A stretch of DNA of 64,000 bases from Octopus vulgaris. Its lineage: Eukaryota. The notes beneath the pieces are model-generated. The model was not told the DNA's origin. It did not search any database and saw only the letters and a program-made list of their open reading frames with translations. Below are positions 1 to 13,672 of this stretch, in pieces. The position numbers and the translations under genes were made by a program. Each line of letters begins with the position of its first letter. Position 1 is the stretch's first letter. The stretch lies in contig OX597820.1 in assembly GCA_951406725.2 (NCBI GenBank), positions 125,488,001 to 125,552,000 on the forward strand. Direction: 5' to 3'.

Positions 1-314
1 ACACATACATATACACACATACGTACACACACGCACATACACACACACATACATATACATACATACAGACAGACACACACATGCACACATACACGCATGC
101 ACACATACATACATACACATACATACTCACACACACATACACACACATACATAATATACACACATACACATTCACACATACATACATACATACATAGATA
201 CATACATACGCAAATATACATATACATACATACACACACGCATGCACACACACATACACACACACGCACGCACACATACATACATACACACACATACATA
301 CACACACACGAACA

Positions 315-346
<32 letters not shown>

Positions 347-1710
347 ACACATACATACACACACATACATACATACATACACACACATACTCACACACAC
401 ATACATACATACATAAGCACATACATACACACACATATACACACACACACACATACACACACATATATATACATACATACACACATACGTACATACATAC
501 ACACATACACACACACACTTACACACATACACACACACATACATACATACGTACGTACATACATACACACACATACATATATAAACACACATACATACAT
601 ACATACACACATACACACAGATACACACATGCATACATACACGCATAAATACACACATACACACACACATACACCCACACATACACACATACATACATAC
701 ACACACGCATACATATACATACATACATATACACACATACACACATACACACATACATACATACACACATACATACACACATACATACATACATAGATAC
801 ATACACACACACGCACATACATATGCATACATACATACACACATGCACACATACACGCAGGCACACATACATACATACACATACACTTACAAACACACAC
901 ATATACACACATACACTCACACACATACATACATACACACACATACATACAAACATACATACACACATACACACACATACACACATACATACATACACAC
1001 ACGCATACATATACACACATACTTACACATACACACATACACACATACAAACACACACACACATACGCACACACATTCTTACATATATACATACATACAC
1101 ATACATACACATACATATACATACATACACATACATACACACATACACGCATGCACACATACATACACATACACACACATACATACACACACACTTACAC
1201 ACATACATACATACATACACGCATATAAACATATAAGCACATATATAAGCCTCCACATTGTACACACACGCACACATATATACATACATTCACTCGCTCG
1301 CACGTACACACATACGCACACACACATTTACATATATATATACTATACACGCACACACACATACACACGTACAAACACACACAAACTCACATACACACCG
1401 ACAGATATACATACACAATATACACCTATCCGCGCACACACTCATACACATAAACACACACAGACGCACACATACACGCACACACATACCCGTACATTCA
1501 TATACACTCACACAAATGAACCCACACATACATCCCTATACACACACACGCACGTACAAGCACACACGCACACATACACTAGGTTAAGCACAGTTACTCG
1601 CCACACACCCAAACTCTACGCATAGACACACGAACACACACATGCACACACACACACTACAAACAACACACACACATGATACATATACTTACACGCACAC
1701 ACATATACCC
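1..1710. repeat. Long degenerate (CA)n/(ACAT)n compound microsatellite
   Basis: Continuous ACAC/ACAT/ACGC units; the overlapping H/T/Y/I and V/C/M ORFs are translations of the repeat. Confidence 0.97.
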
Positions 1711-2044
1711 CTTTGTTTTTTGACCTGGTTTTGACCTGGCTGGATACAAACAAGCTAGCTGTCATAAAGGAGTGCCTTTTTGACAGCTAACTTGCCATGC
1801 TTATTATTCACCATACATACACACACACACACACGCACGCACGCACAAACACACTTGTCATCCTTGCACACACACACACACACGCACCCACACACATACC
1901 TTGTCTTTGAAACTCTCTTGTTTTTAAAAATCATGATTCGTCTACCTCTCAACTTCTGTTCTTTCAACATGTGATCTCTTGAGCACCACCAGCAAAAATA
2001 TTTTTTTCCTCTGTCCTCCCTTCTTGGGATCTTTCCTTCTCCTT

Positions 2045-2080
2045 ATTCCCGACGAAGAGCTCCGCTCGAAACGTTAAACC
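2045..2080 (+). ncRNA. Minimal hammerhead ribozyme-like motif (variant core CCGACGA)
   Basis: CCGACGA-a-GAGC[tcc]GCTC-GAAA-CG-TTA. Stem II and GAAA present, stem I poor. About 100 nt upstream of (TA)n at 2178. Confidence 0.55.
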
Positions 2081-2173
2081 CTCCTTCCCTTCTTTCCTGA
2101 GCGTCAAATAATACTTTAATTGTTTCACGTCCTCGCGTTGCTGTGTTTTTTTCTGTCTTTTTCTTGTTTGGAT

Positions 2174-2177
<4 letters not shown>

Positions 2178-2259
<82 letters not shown>

Positions 2260-2261
2260 AG

Positions 2262-2305
<44 letters not shown>
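2178..2305. repeat. (TA)n microsatellite
   Basis: Direct reading. Similar tracts at ~2500-2580, 3600-3710, 20375-20450, 22675-22755, 23150-23225, 29670-29738, 30550-30610, 41690-41868, 42335-42400, 43150-43335, 51040-51113, 58460-58690, 59565-59790. Confidence 0.97.
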
Positions 2306-2306
<1 letters not shown>

Positions 2307-2402
2307 CGGGGACGTTTACGAAAATAGACAAAAGACGAAGTCAGGTGGAGTACAAACAAACAAATGTATTAGTATGGCGCTCAGGAATAGAAGTAGAACA
2401 AG

Positions 2403-2440
2403 TCTTTTACGTTTCGAGCCTACGCTCTTCGACAGAAAGA
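2403..2440 (-). ncRNA. Minimal hammerhead ribozyme-like motif
   Basis: Minus strand: TCTTT-CTGTCGA-a-GAGC[gtag]GCTC-GAAA-CG-TA-AAAGA. 5-bp stem I, 4-bp stem II, palindromic ACGT in place of stem III; A6 is T. Confidence 0.7.
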
Positions 2441-2497
2441 TACACAGAAAAAACACAAGGAGAGAAAAATGCGTGTAGGAGGTAACGATCTATCATG

Positions 2498-2585
<88 letters not shown>

Positions 2586-2801
2586 GTAAGTATGCATGTA
2601 TGTATGTATATATAAATTAAAAGATAGCGCGTGACATAAAGTTGCGAAAACAGCATCGACCTGTTTAGAAATATGAGCTAAATCCTTAATATGCAACCAC
2701 CAGAAAGCAGCAAATAACAGAAAAACAATAGTAGGCAGAGGTAACATAAGAGAATCAAGACATTAAAAAAGCATACCTTTAAAGAATATGCCCTTCCAAT
2801 T

Positions 2802-2857
2802 CTCATACACCATATTTCGGATTCTGGCGCGTGAGCCTCAAACTTCATCAGTATGAG
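2802..2857 (-). ncRNA. Hammerhead ribozyme-like motif, probably inactive (G at position 17)
   Basis: Minus strand: CTCATA-CTGATGA-(26 nt, weak stem II)-GAAA-tatg-GTG-TATGAG. Perfect 6-bp stem I and canonical core. Confidence 0.65.
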
Positions 2858-2979
2858 TCACTGTTGAAAATACTAAGAATGTAGCGTTATAAATTTGCCC
2901 GTGTTATGTCTGGTTTTGCGTATATATATATATATATATATATATATGAATATATATATATATAATATATATATATATA

Positions 2980-3200
2980 TGTGTGTGTGTATTTGTTTCT
3001 GTATATGCCCTCCCCTACTTGACCACAAGCGCTGGGGTGTTTGCGCCTCTCTAAACTAGCGGTTCGACATTAGAAACCGATACAATAAGATACCGACTGT
3101 GAAAAATATGTACTGGGGTCGATACATCCGATTAAAAAATTCTCCAAAGCGGTACTCTAGCAAGGCCAGATTCTAATGACTGAAAAATGTGAATATAAAA
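2980..3200 (+). mobile_element. SINE family B, degenerate 3' portion
   Basis: Matches the 3' half of the copies at 3216-3596 and 63303-63695 (cttgaccac..gctggggtgttt..agcggttcg..ccgata..gggtcgat). Confidence 0.65.
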
Positions 3201-3215
3201 GATGATGTATATATA

Positions 3216-3596
3216 CTCTTTTACTCTTTTACTTGTTTCAGTAATTTGACTGCGGCCATGCTGGAGCACCGCCTTTAGTCGAGCAAATCGACCCCGGGAC
3301 TTATTCTTTGTAAGCCGAGTACTTATTCTATCGGTCACTTTTGCCGAACCGCTATGTGACGGTGACGTAAACACACCAGCATCGGTTTTCAAGCAATGCT
3401 AGGTGGACACAGACAGACACACAAACACACACCTACATATATATACATATAAATATCTACGCCAGGCTTCTTTCAGTTTCCGTCTACCAAATCCACATAC
3501 AAGGCATTGGTCGGCCTGGAGCTATAGCAGAAGACACTTGCCCAAGATGCCATGCGGTTGGTTAGCAAGCTACTTACCACACAGCCACTCCTGCGC
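3216..3596 (-). mobile_element. tRNA-derived SINE family B (octopus-type), near full length
   Basis: Minus strand starts GCGCAGGAGTGGCTGTGTGGTAAGTAGCTTGC, has an internal microsatellite and ends ...GACTAAAGGCGGTGCTCCAGCATGGCCGCAGTCAAAT..AAAAGAGTAAAAGAG. Homologous to 22756, 33116 and 63303. Confidence 0.85.
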
Positions 3597-3614
3597 ATAT
3601 ATATATGTACATAT

Positions 3615-3671
<57 letters not shown>

Positions 3672-5614
3672 TATATGTATGTATATATATATGTATGTAT
3701 ATATGTATATATACGTGGGTGTGCATGTGCGTGTCTGTGGTTAAACTCAACTCATTTCGCATCCACTTTTCTCCCTTGTTGGCGTGTGTATAGTTTGAAT
3801 TCATGTATGTGTGTGTGAGTGAGTATGTATGTTTCTGTGTAATTGTGTGTGTGTGTGTATACGGACATGTGTAAAAGATCCTTTAAATGTTAAATATCCA
3901 GATGTCACTCTATGCTAACATGTACCACGAATGTTAACGTGTTCCACATCTTCTGAATTGAAGATCTAAAATCAGTCACGACTTGAACCACATAACCATT
4001 AATATTTACCAAACATATGCAAGGCTTTCATCAGTTTTGCATTCTGCGCTTGTAATTGACTTAAATAATTAAAGAAATTCTCTTGCTATGCATTATGACA
4101 CCCAACGATCCGAGGCTATTACTAGGAAGTATCCTCATAAGTATTCACCATTTTCACTTTCATATTAGTTGCTATAAGTCGCACTGCCGATATGAAAAAC
4201 CTTGCGGCTTTACATTCATTTTCATTTTTTTAAGGTGTTAATGTTGTTATTTGCTGTGAAGTTTGTTGCTTTCGTTGCTATTAAGACAAGAGTCAGACCA
4301 GACCGAGTATACCTATGGACAACTGAGTCCAATACTTAGTATCCGGAGACATTTTCTTTTTAGTCACTTGGTTTACATTATTCTACGCGCCTTCCTATTT
4401 TAATGCATTAGGTACAGGTTGCTTGGGGGTTTTGATAGCCATTAGAAGCAGGTCAAGCAAAACGTAAATGGCTTCTTAATGTACGAAATGTTATTTTGGT
4501 GCTGTTGTTCTTGATATTCCTTGGCAGAGGAGGTTCTATTCATTTTGTGTTTATATTTTTCTAATTATTCTACTATGTATTTATATGTCAATATTGCTAT
4601 ACGTTTCGGTTCGTATACTTGTTTCTTTCTACCTGGTATTGATGTCGATAATGCTACTAGTGTTACTATGGTTGAACATCTTTGTAGCACATCCCGACAT
4701 TGAAAGCAGATCATTGTAGACTTATAAATAGGTACCAAAATAAAAATAATTTTAAAAACACACAAACAAAATAAGTACTTCACTGCTGAATGTACTGAGC
4801 CCTTGGAAATGGGTTAATGATATACCTAATTGGAAAGCATAAAGAAATAGCTCAGTAATGGTTGTAATAATAAATTTTGGTGGTTATATTGGTGCAGATC
4901 AGTGCTGGTGTAAATGGGTTGCCCTTCAAAACTATTTTGGTTGTATTAATGAAACTACTCAGTTGTATTGAAACAGCTAATTGGAGGATCAATTGATACG
5001 ATTAATATGTGGTGGTAATAAAATACCTTAGTGGTAGTTGTAACAGCACAACATCGTGATGACTATAAGGATATAGCTGATAAATTTTTCTTGACGCCTC
5101 CACTTGATTTTAGAACATACTTCTAAACTCTTCGTAATGAAACTTTTCATGAATGAGAAAAAACTGTTTCCGTTGGAGTCTCTGTGTCAAGACTATTATT
5201 GTACCTAAGAAAGTTTCTCATGCATAGCAGAATCAATTTCTCTTCTCATTGTTGAAGTTCATATAAACAATTTTAGCTTAGATATTTTGGTCTAATTTTC
5301 TCTGATCGAATTAGCTTTTCCTCCATTTCCTGTTGTGTTTTGTCACCTACTCGGTAGACGCAAGTCTATACAATTGATGTAGTACACCTACGATTCATGT
5401 AAAATTTACACTGGGAAAATTAAACCTGAGAGTAAAATAGGTTATGGGAATATAATAAAAGGCAGAAGAGAGATAGTACGTGAAATATTTAAATCTCATT
5501 ATTTTGCACTTCACACAACATTTGAAACCTGGCCAAAAATAAAAATGTACACACACGCGCACGCACGCACACATGCATACACATACACCATTATAATATG
5601 TATGTATATATATA

Positions 5615-5845
5615 TATTTCTTTACCACCCACAAGGGGCTAAACAAAGAGGGGACAAAGAAGGACAGACAAACGGATTGAGTCGATTACATCGACCCCAG
5701 CGCGTAACTGGTACTTAATTATCGACCCTGAAAGGATGAAGGACAAAGTCGACTTCGGCGGAATTTGAACTCAGAACGTAACGGCAGACGAAATACGGCT
5801 ACGCATTTCGCCCGGCGTGCTAACGATTCTGCCAAGTCACCGCCT
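5615..5845 (-). mobile_element. tRNA-derived SINE family A (Nin-domain-like core)
   Basis: Reverse complement of GGCGG..TGGCAGAA(box A)..GAGTTCAAATTCC(box B)GCCGAGGTCGACTTTGCCTTTCATCCTTTCGGGGTCGATAAATTAAGTACCAG..CCCCTTGTGGGTAGTAAAGAAATA, with a few substitutions; many copies in the window. Confidence 0.9.
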
Positions 5846-5863
5846 TATGTATGTATGTATGTG

Positions 5864-5895
<32 letters not shown>

Positions 5896-5925
5896 CTTAC
5901 ATATATATGCACACACACACACACG

Positions 5926-5960
<35 letters not shown>

Positions 5961-6829
5961 GTATGTATGTATGTATATGGTATATTATGGGAATTTATCT
6001 AAAGGAATCCCATAGAAACTCAACAAAAATGTTAAAAATGGAGAAGAGATGTTAAAATTTGAAAGAATTTCAATAAATGCGTACGATCGTTTCAAATAGC
6101 CATAACAACATGTAAATACATAGTAGAATAATCAAAATTAATTTGATTAAATTATATACATATCACTGTTCTCCTCTGTGAAAGAAGTATACAACAAAAA
6201 GTTATTTTTATTACAGAAGACCTGATGAAGAAAATAGCAGATAGCAAATTCGGATACACATATTTTATCCTTATGAAAAAGTTGAGAGCATACGAAAGAG
6301 TATTGTTGAGTTTAGTTGTATATAAACTAAAACTGATGCAGCTAACGGTTATTTGAAAATACGAGTGAAAATGTTTAAGAGACTTTCGCTCTGTAGAAGG
6401 ATAAGTGAATAAGTAATTCAAATTCCAACTAAGTCATTTATCATAGCAAGTTTAATGGAGGTGTCCAGGAAAGGCATTGTTATGTTTGAATTAGGATATG
6501 ACTTGACAGCTGTAAGTAATATCAGGTATAATCTAGCACTTCAGACGGTATAATACAAATATGAAATTAAGTTCAATGAAAACAGCAGCAGCAATGCAAA
6601 TAATAGCAAAAGTTATTTAGATATGAACAACACGGACAATATTAGTAAATATAAGTGAACTGGTGAATTAGTACACCCCGACAAAAACAAAAACTCTCAC
6701 TAATAGTCATCAACACAACTTTAGCAATGAACATAAATACTACAATCGCAATAAACATACTAATAAGCATAATCAACACGAGCAACATAACCAACACTTT
6801 TTTTTAAAAGAAACTTGCCTCAAGTCACG

Positions 6830-8052
6830 AAAACAAGCAAGCATCATAGTCAGAAACAAAAGTGGCTAAGGAATATCTCAGGGAATTCCAAATACAACAA
6901 ATTCCAGAATTAGGCGTACTAGAAACAAGTACAGAAAAGCTAACCGTATTATAACCGGTGCTAAAACTGCTGCCTTAGATATTATTGATAAATGGCAAAA
7001 AATACCACTGAATTACCTAAAGAGAACTAATAGTGCTGATGTTGACAAAGCCTTAACTCATTAATGGTTTGTGTCTTCAGGCTTAAAATCAGGAACAGAA
7101 GGGTTTATTATAGCAGCCCAAGATCAATGCATACAAGGAACTACCAGGCCAGCATAGTAAAGAAGGTATAGTCCAACATGTCATGTCATTGCAGCCCAAG
7201 ATCAATTCTGTATCTACTAGGAACTACCAGGCCAACATATTAAAATATGGCAGTAGGCCAACATGTGTATGTCAACATCAAAATGAAACTATTAATCATG
7301 CTGTCTCCATGTGCAGTCTTCTTGTGACTACAGAGTATCTCAACAGGCATGAGAGAGCAGCACAATATATTCACTGGAGAATTTTCAAAAATCTGGGCCT
7401 GCCACATGATAAAAACTGGTGGGAACACAAACCACCTCTAGTTCTTGAAAATGATCCCATCATACTCCTCTGAAACGTCACCATTGAAACTGACATAAAG
7501 ATAGATGCGAATAGGCCAGACGTTATATTGAAATACTTCAGACAAAAGCCATGCCTCCTCATTAATAAGACTGTCCCAATCGATATAAACGTATCTGTCA
7601 AGACCTACCAAAAACCGAGCAAGTATAAAGATTTTGAAATAGAAATTTGCAAAATGTGGAACCTCAAGACTAAAACAATATCTCTTGTCATAGGTGCAAA
7701 AGGGGATGACACCTACCTATCTCAGATACCAGAAATCCCCAAAATTGCAGAAATTCAAGATAGTGCTCATGGCAACTGTCCATATCCTACGTAAAATATT
7801 GTGTATCTAATTTCAAATTTTAAAACAAACTCATAATTTTCTTATGTTTTCTAGAACATTCTCTAGAACAATACTATGTGCAAATAGAAATTGGCAAAAT
7901 GTGGAACCCCAAGAGGAAAACAATACCTGTTGTCCTATGACACTCGAGGCATAACACCAACATGAACTTCTAACTTGGTGTCTCTTGAGGTCTCTGGGGG
8001 AGATTTGGAGTCAACTTGTACATATACAAAACGAAAGTCAAACATAAAGTAA
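6830..8052 (+). mobile_element. Decayed 3' part of an R4/Dong-like non-LTR retrotransposon (CCHC + restriction-like endonuclease)
   Basis: Translates across stops/frameshifts to SSGLKSGTEGFIIAAQDQ, CQHQNETINHAVSMCSLL..EYLNRHERAAQYIHW, ANRPDVIL..CLLI..VPIDINV..KYKDFEIEICKMWNLKTKTISLVIGA. 3' end runs into (CAA)n(TAA)n. Confidence 0.88.
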
Positions 8053-8098
8053 CAACAACAACAACAACAACAACAGCAACAACAACAACAACAACTAC

Positions 8099-8132
<34 letters not shown>

Positions 8133-8133
8133 G

Positions 8134-8537
8134 ATTCAAATTTTGGCACGAGTGTAGAAATTCCGGTGGGAGGGATTAAATCGATAACATGGACCTCAGT
8201 GTTCAACTGGTTCTTTAATTTATCGACCCCAGAATAACGAAAGGCAAAGTCTACTCCGGCGTAATTTGAACTCAGAAGGTTTAGACGGACGAAATGCAGC
8301 TAAGCATTTTGCCTGGCGCGCTAACGGGTCTGCAAGATGGCCGCCTTAATGATGTTAATAGTGGTAATGATTTAAAATTGTGGCACAAGACCTGCAATTT
8401 CGAGGGAGATGGTAGTCGATTACATCGACTCCAGTATTTGAGTTGTACTTATTTTATCGACCTCCGTAACGAGGAAATCCAAAGTTGACCTCGGTGGAAT
8501 TTGAACTCATAACGTAAACAGGAACGAAATGCCGCTA
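8134..8537 (-). mobile_element. Two tandem degenerate SINE family A copies (8134-8345; 8371-8537)
   Basis: Each has tttatcgacc..aaagt.gac.tcgg.g.aatttgaactca core; embedded between (TAA)n tracts. Confidence 0.8.
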
Positions 8538-8752
<215 letters not shown>

Positions 8753-10224
8753 ACAAGTGTCATGTTTTTCTACAAATGGTACTTTAGGCGAGGCTCTCAT
8801 AAATGAGAATCTGTAGGCGTTCCACGTATTTTGAAATCAATTTAGCTTAATTTCAGTTACCTAAGAAATGGTTAGCTTTAAATTGGAAGTTAGCCTGGGA
8901 AATTTTAAGCCTTTGTAATGAATGTTTTGCTGTTACTCTGAGTACCTGGCTGTACACTCAGTTTACGCATTCATTGTCTATCTTCATAACAGCCTAACAC
9001 TTCGTTCCATGAATTAATATTACTCCACTACCGTAAAGAATTCAAATTTTGCGAGTTTGCATTCCATCAAGGAGACCTTTCTTAGTGCTCTTCAAGCTGT
9101 GTAAGTTTAGTTCTAATTTCCTCTAAGCATCATCTATATCTTTCGCTTGAAAGCGTAAAAAATTAAAGATGTTTATTCGTTGCAATGATTTTCTTTAGAA
9201 TATCTTCGATAAGCATTTCATTTTGCAAAGCATAGATTCAGTTTTTCTTCCATTGGCATGTAGTCACGCATCCTTGGCATTAGGTTCTTTGCGTTTCAAT
9301 TCTATGAAGAGACGTTGTCACTTATGCTGTGTTTGAAAATGTTATTGTTTGTGATTGGAAATCCGTCACATTGAAAGTAAGTTTTTATCTTTTTGTTGAA
9401 ATGTATATTACGTGCTTCTCTAATTTTCTACTGCGTATTGCTCCTGCAATATTATACTGCTAATCGGAAAGGATTATGTTTGCAAAGAACTAATCCTTGA
9501 GATAGACGCAACAAGTAGAAAATGTTGATGTCATAACAGCATTTCTGCGGTTTCAGCCAAAAAAATATTCAGCAAAATTAGGAATTAAAATGTATATATG
9601 GCTTCCAATATCAGGTGATTCGTTTCAGTCATATAGAAAATCTTTTCTGTATTAATAGCTTATTTACAGCATACAGAAAATCTAAGATAAACATGCTACA
9701 ACAATGTATACAGAATATCTTACATACATGCATACATACGCAAGCACACACGTATGTATGCACCCTCACATGAATATATAATTATACATACGCCTGCACA
9801 CATATACGCTTACGTTTGAATGACATTATTTTAGCATTTTGCTATTAGTTATGTATGCATTTATATTATGCATGTATTTATATTATGCACGCATAATGCA
9901 AGTTTTACAAAAACCGGCATATATATACACACATTCTTACGTACATATATATAGAAATCGATTATTATATATATGTGTGTGTGCATTTGTAGTTACTTAT
10001 AAATAACAGATAATTCCAATCATATTATCGTTTATTTAATTCAATTCTAAATGAAAGAATGCATTGCCTTCACCCTGCCTGCTTGCAGGTGAATGTACAC
10101 TACTAGAAAAAAGGGTGAGATATATTTTTACTAGTTTTATCTTAATAAAATAGTACACCCAGAATATTTCATGTCATTAGTTAGCTATTCAGTTCATGCA
10201 TATTTCAATAGCCAAGAATTATTC

Positions 10225-11990
10225 AGAAGCTATGACGGATGTGATCTCTTTATTTGGCACTACGGCCATAACACAGAGAGGACAGCAGAAAGACAGATAG
10301 AACATCGCAGTGGAATCAAAAAACATAAAAAACATAAAACGAATGAAAAATGGTAAAATATATAATGAAATCGATGGTGATGAAATGGCTGCAAGCGCCC
10401 CACTCATATGCGCCACCATTTTAACGTTCTTACTTTCCTTTTATAATCTTTTTCAATGTTTTTTTTCTATTAGTGTCGTTTTGTTTTACTCTTGTCTTTC
10501 CTCCTATTTTTACACCACAGTTTGCTCTCTTTTTTATGGCTCTACTGCTCTTAGTTCAACTACTGGAGTTAGTCCATCGAACTCCACCACCAATACCATT
10601 GCTTCAACATTACATTTTTCTTTCAACCTGCTATACTTTTCCTCATCGATCAAAATTGCATTCATATTTTCCCCGTACATGTCCTTGGTTAACTTCACCC
10701 TAATAACTAATTTCAGTTTGGTTATCACTTTTTCTGTATTTACATTTTTGTCGCAAAATTCCAATTGTATTTTCTCCGCCTTCTTGTTCGTGCACCGTGT
10801 TCCGCTCTTGGCGCCACTTCTTCCAATACGGCTAATATCGCTGATTTTCTCGTTGCTGTTCTACTTCATTGTTAACAAAATCCTTCTAGTATGTTTGCTT
10901 TTGTCTCTTCCTCCGTCATAACTTTCTCAACCTCCTTTTCTACCTGTATCTCCTTTTCAACACCCTTTAATTCTTTCTCAATCTACATCTCTGTTTCTTT
11001 TTTTTTCTTCCTCTTCAGCAGAGATCCCTTCCTCTTTCTTTTTCACACCTTCAAATCGCTCCTCTATTCCTGTTTTCTCCTTCACCTCCTCCTGCACTAC
11101 ATAATTCACTTTCTCCTGCTCCTCAGACTGTTCTGTCTGTTTCTCTTTCTCATTTCTCTGGGGGCATCTCGCTTTCATGTGGCCTTTCTCCCCTCACAAG
11201 TAACATATTATAGGAGACCTGCCCTCCACCACTACTCTTAATCTCTCATCTTCAGGTAGTATAATTTCTTCCGGAATTTTGTTCATATCACTTACAGTTG
11301 ACTGAACTGAGGTCTCAATTCCGTAACCCCATCAGTGATTCTTTTCGGCCTTGTCACTCTCAGGATCCTGGCATCCTCTTCCAGCTATGTCTCATTCAGC
11401 TTTGATGCCACTTTTCCCACCCTTACACTGACAACTCGCTTTCCACAGTATGTCGGTAGGAGCAGCCACTATTCTGTCTTTATAGCATCAGTGGAGTGCT
11501 TTATCGCTTCGTCCTCGCTTGCGAATCGCACATCCACTGTGCCATAACTTCTTCCTCTTTTTATGAATTTAGTAGCCTTTTTAACCTCTTTCAGGCACTT
11601 CAGTATCTCTTCTATTGTTGCTACTTCTATTATTTGTAGATACTTTCAGTGATTTGTAAATCACTGTTTTTCTCTTCGCTCCATTTTTTAACTCGAGCGG
11701 AGGCGTTAATTTCAAGTAGTTCCCCGCATTCATTCAGCCTTTTCGGGTCAGTCTTAATTTATTGCACCTCCAAACCTTCTGCGTCAATTCCTTTGCCAGT
11801 TGCAACCGCTTAACTGTCGCTCTTCGCTGCTTCAGTTTCCATTCTGCTTCCTCACGCCAGTTCACCCATAAATGGGAAGAAACAACACAATTATTCAGAA
11901 AACTCGTTAGTAACAACAGTAATTTCAACAGGGAACAAACGTGGTGCACCCATGAGGGGAGACCTTTAACAACAATATAACACACTTACT
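10225..11990 (-). mobile_element. Retroelement relic carrying a disrupted ORF1/gag-like gene (RRM-like region + CCHC zinc knuckle), no ORF2 seen
   Basis: Minus-strand translation 11684 to 10534 with stops/frameshifts: KFIKRGRSYGTVDVRFASEDEAIKHS..LRVVVEGRSPIICYL*GEKGHMKARCP (CX2CX4HX4C, ~11161-11206), then an E/K-rich tail. T-rich 3' region with AATAAA near 10250. Confidence 0.7.
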
Positions 11991-13612
11991 TTAACGGAAT
12001 CGTAAAGATTTCAACCAAAAAGCAACAGACTGTGTAGGATGTATGCTTAAAGCGTAGTTAAAGTTATTTTGAAGTCGTAGCATGCAGTTTAAACGAATAT
12101 ATGTCTTTAGTATCGACTTAGCAAAAGAACATCGACTCAGTAAATAAAACATCGTCACAGTTGATAGAACTACTTGAAATAACACATCATACTTCTGTCA
12201 AGGCATAATGAGCAGACTAAGAAATAGAAACCATACGTATATTAGATGATATAGACGTAGAAAACATGCAAATCCTTTAATCTTAAGCCGCACGTGTATT
12301 TAAGCTTCCATTTCGTATAAGCTTCTGGGGCCTATTTGGCCACCCTAATTTACAGCAATTTTGAGCGATAATATTTCTTGCTTCTAGTTACGTGCTACTT
12401 TGCTCCGTTTCAAACCTGCAGCCATTATCTGGAGATAAATGATTTTATGTCTTGCCACTATAGCTTTTTAATAGAACGCCAAGTTGATTTGTTAGAAAAT
12501 ATTATATACCTCAAAAAAAAAGATAGACAACGTCAGACAGCAAAAGGAACAAGAGAACTTAATTGGCACTATATTTATATAGAATGATAAGGTATTACGA
12601 GGGACTTTAAATTATAACGTAACGAATAGAAGCATTTGACAAAATGCATGTCTTCGGCGCTATAAGTATTATACACGTTTGGGTACACATACACACACAC
12701 GTATATATATTATCTTTTCCCTTGAAATGATTAGGTGATTGAAAATAAAATTATACTAACGGTAGGTGGTAATTCTACTGGAATTAATAGGCTTGTCTAC
12801 CTTATACACAATATCTGGAATTTTGAGGAAGGGGCCAGTCGACTAATTTGACTACCGTGTACTTTTATCGACCAAGAAAGGAATGAAATGAAAAGTCCGC
12901 CTCGAAATTTCAACGCAATAACGAAGAAGATATCGCTAAGTATTGTTAGTCCGTCACCTGCCCAACAGAATGTAACGCACCTAATAATTTACTATGTAAC
13001 GAGCAGAATTACAATATTAATGGATACGTTCACATATGGGTTGATACTATACCCTGCTATTAGTATTTGTTTCTCTTTTTTATTTTATATATAAATTTTA
13101 CAGTGTCAAATTTCGTTTTGTTAACTTTTGTCAGGAGAAAAAAAATTCAGTCTTCAACAGTAATTGACGATAGTTTATGTAAACATGAATATTTTTCAAT
13201 GACTTTTATTGTTATTTGAAAAGTTGTTACATTTTAAAGTGTTACACGAAGATGTAACTGTGTGGTAGAGGCCTCTCTTTGCAACACAGGGAATATACAT
13301 TTGATCCTATTGTAAATAATTTCCACTTTAGCCAAAATTGACAGGTATTTCATGAACTGTCTTTGGTATATGAAAGCAATGCTAACGACCAATTATGTGT
13401 TTGTATGGTTATGTACGCATATATATATATATATATATATATAAGGTAAAGTTATTCAGGCAGTAACCATAACCGCTCTCGTGTATAGAGCTGGATGCGA
13501 CTAACCGCATCAAGAATTAAGAAGCACCCACGATCGCTTCGGGTCGGCAATCTTCTGATAGGTTGTGAATATTTTAGGGATTATCATGGAAATACACTTC
13601 CGAAAATACACA

Positions 13613-13672
<60 letters not shown>

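Noticed and set aside
97-1625. Long ORFs of 100-267 aa (HT/YI/VC-rich), and similar ORFs throughout the window
   Set aside because: Stop-free translations of CA, TA, ACAT and TAA microsatellites; no coding signal.
10310-11241. Plus-strand hydrophobic ORFs of 203 and 116 aa
   Set aside because: Antisense shadow of the purine-rich ORF1-like relic on the minus strand.
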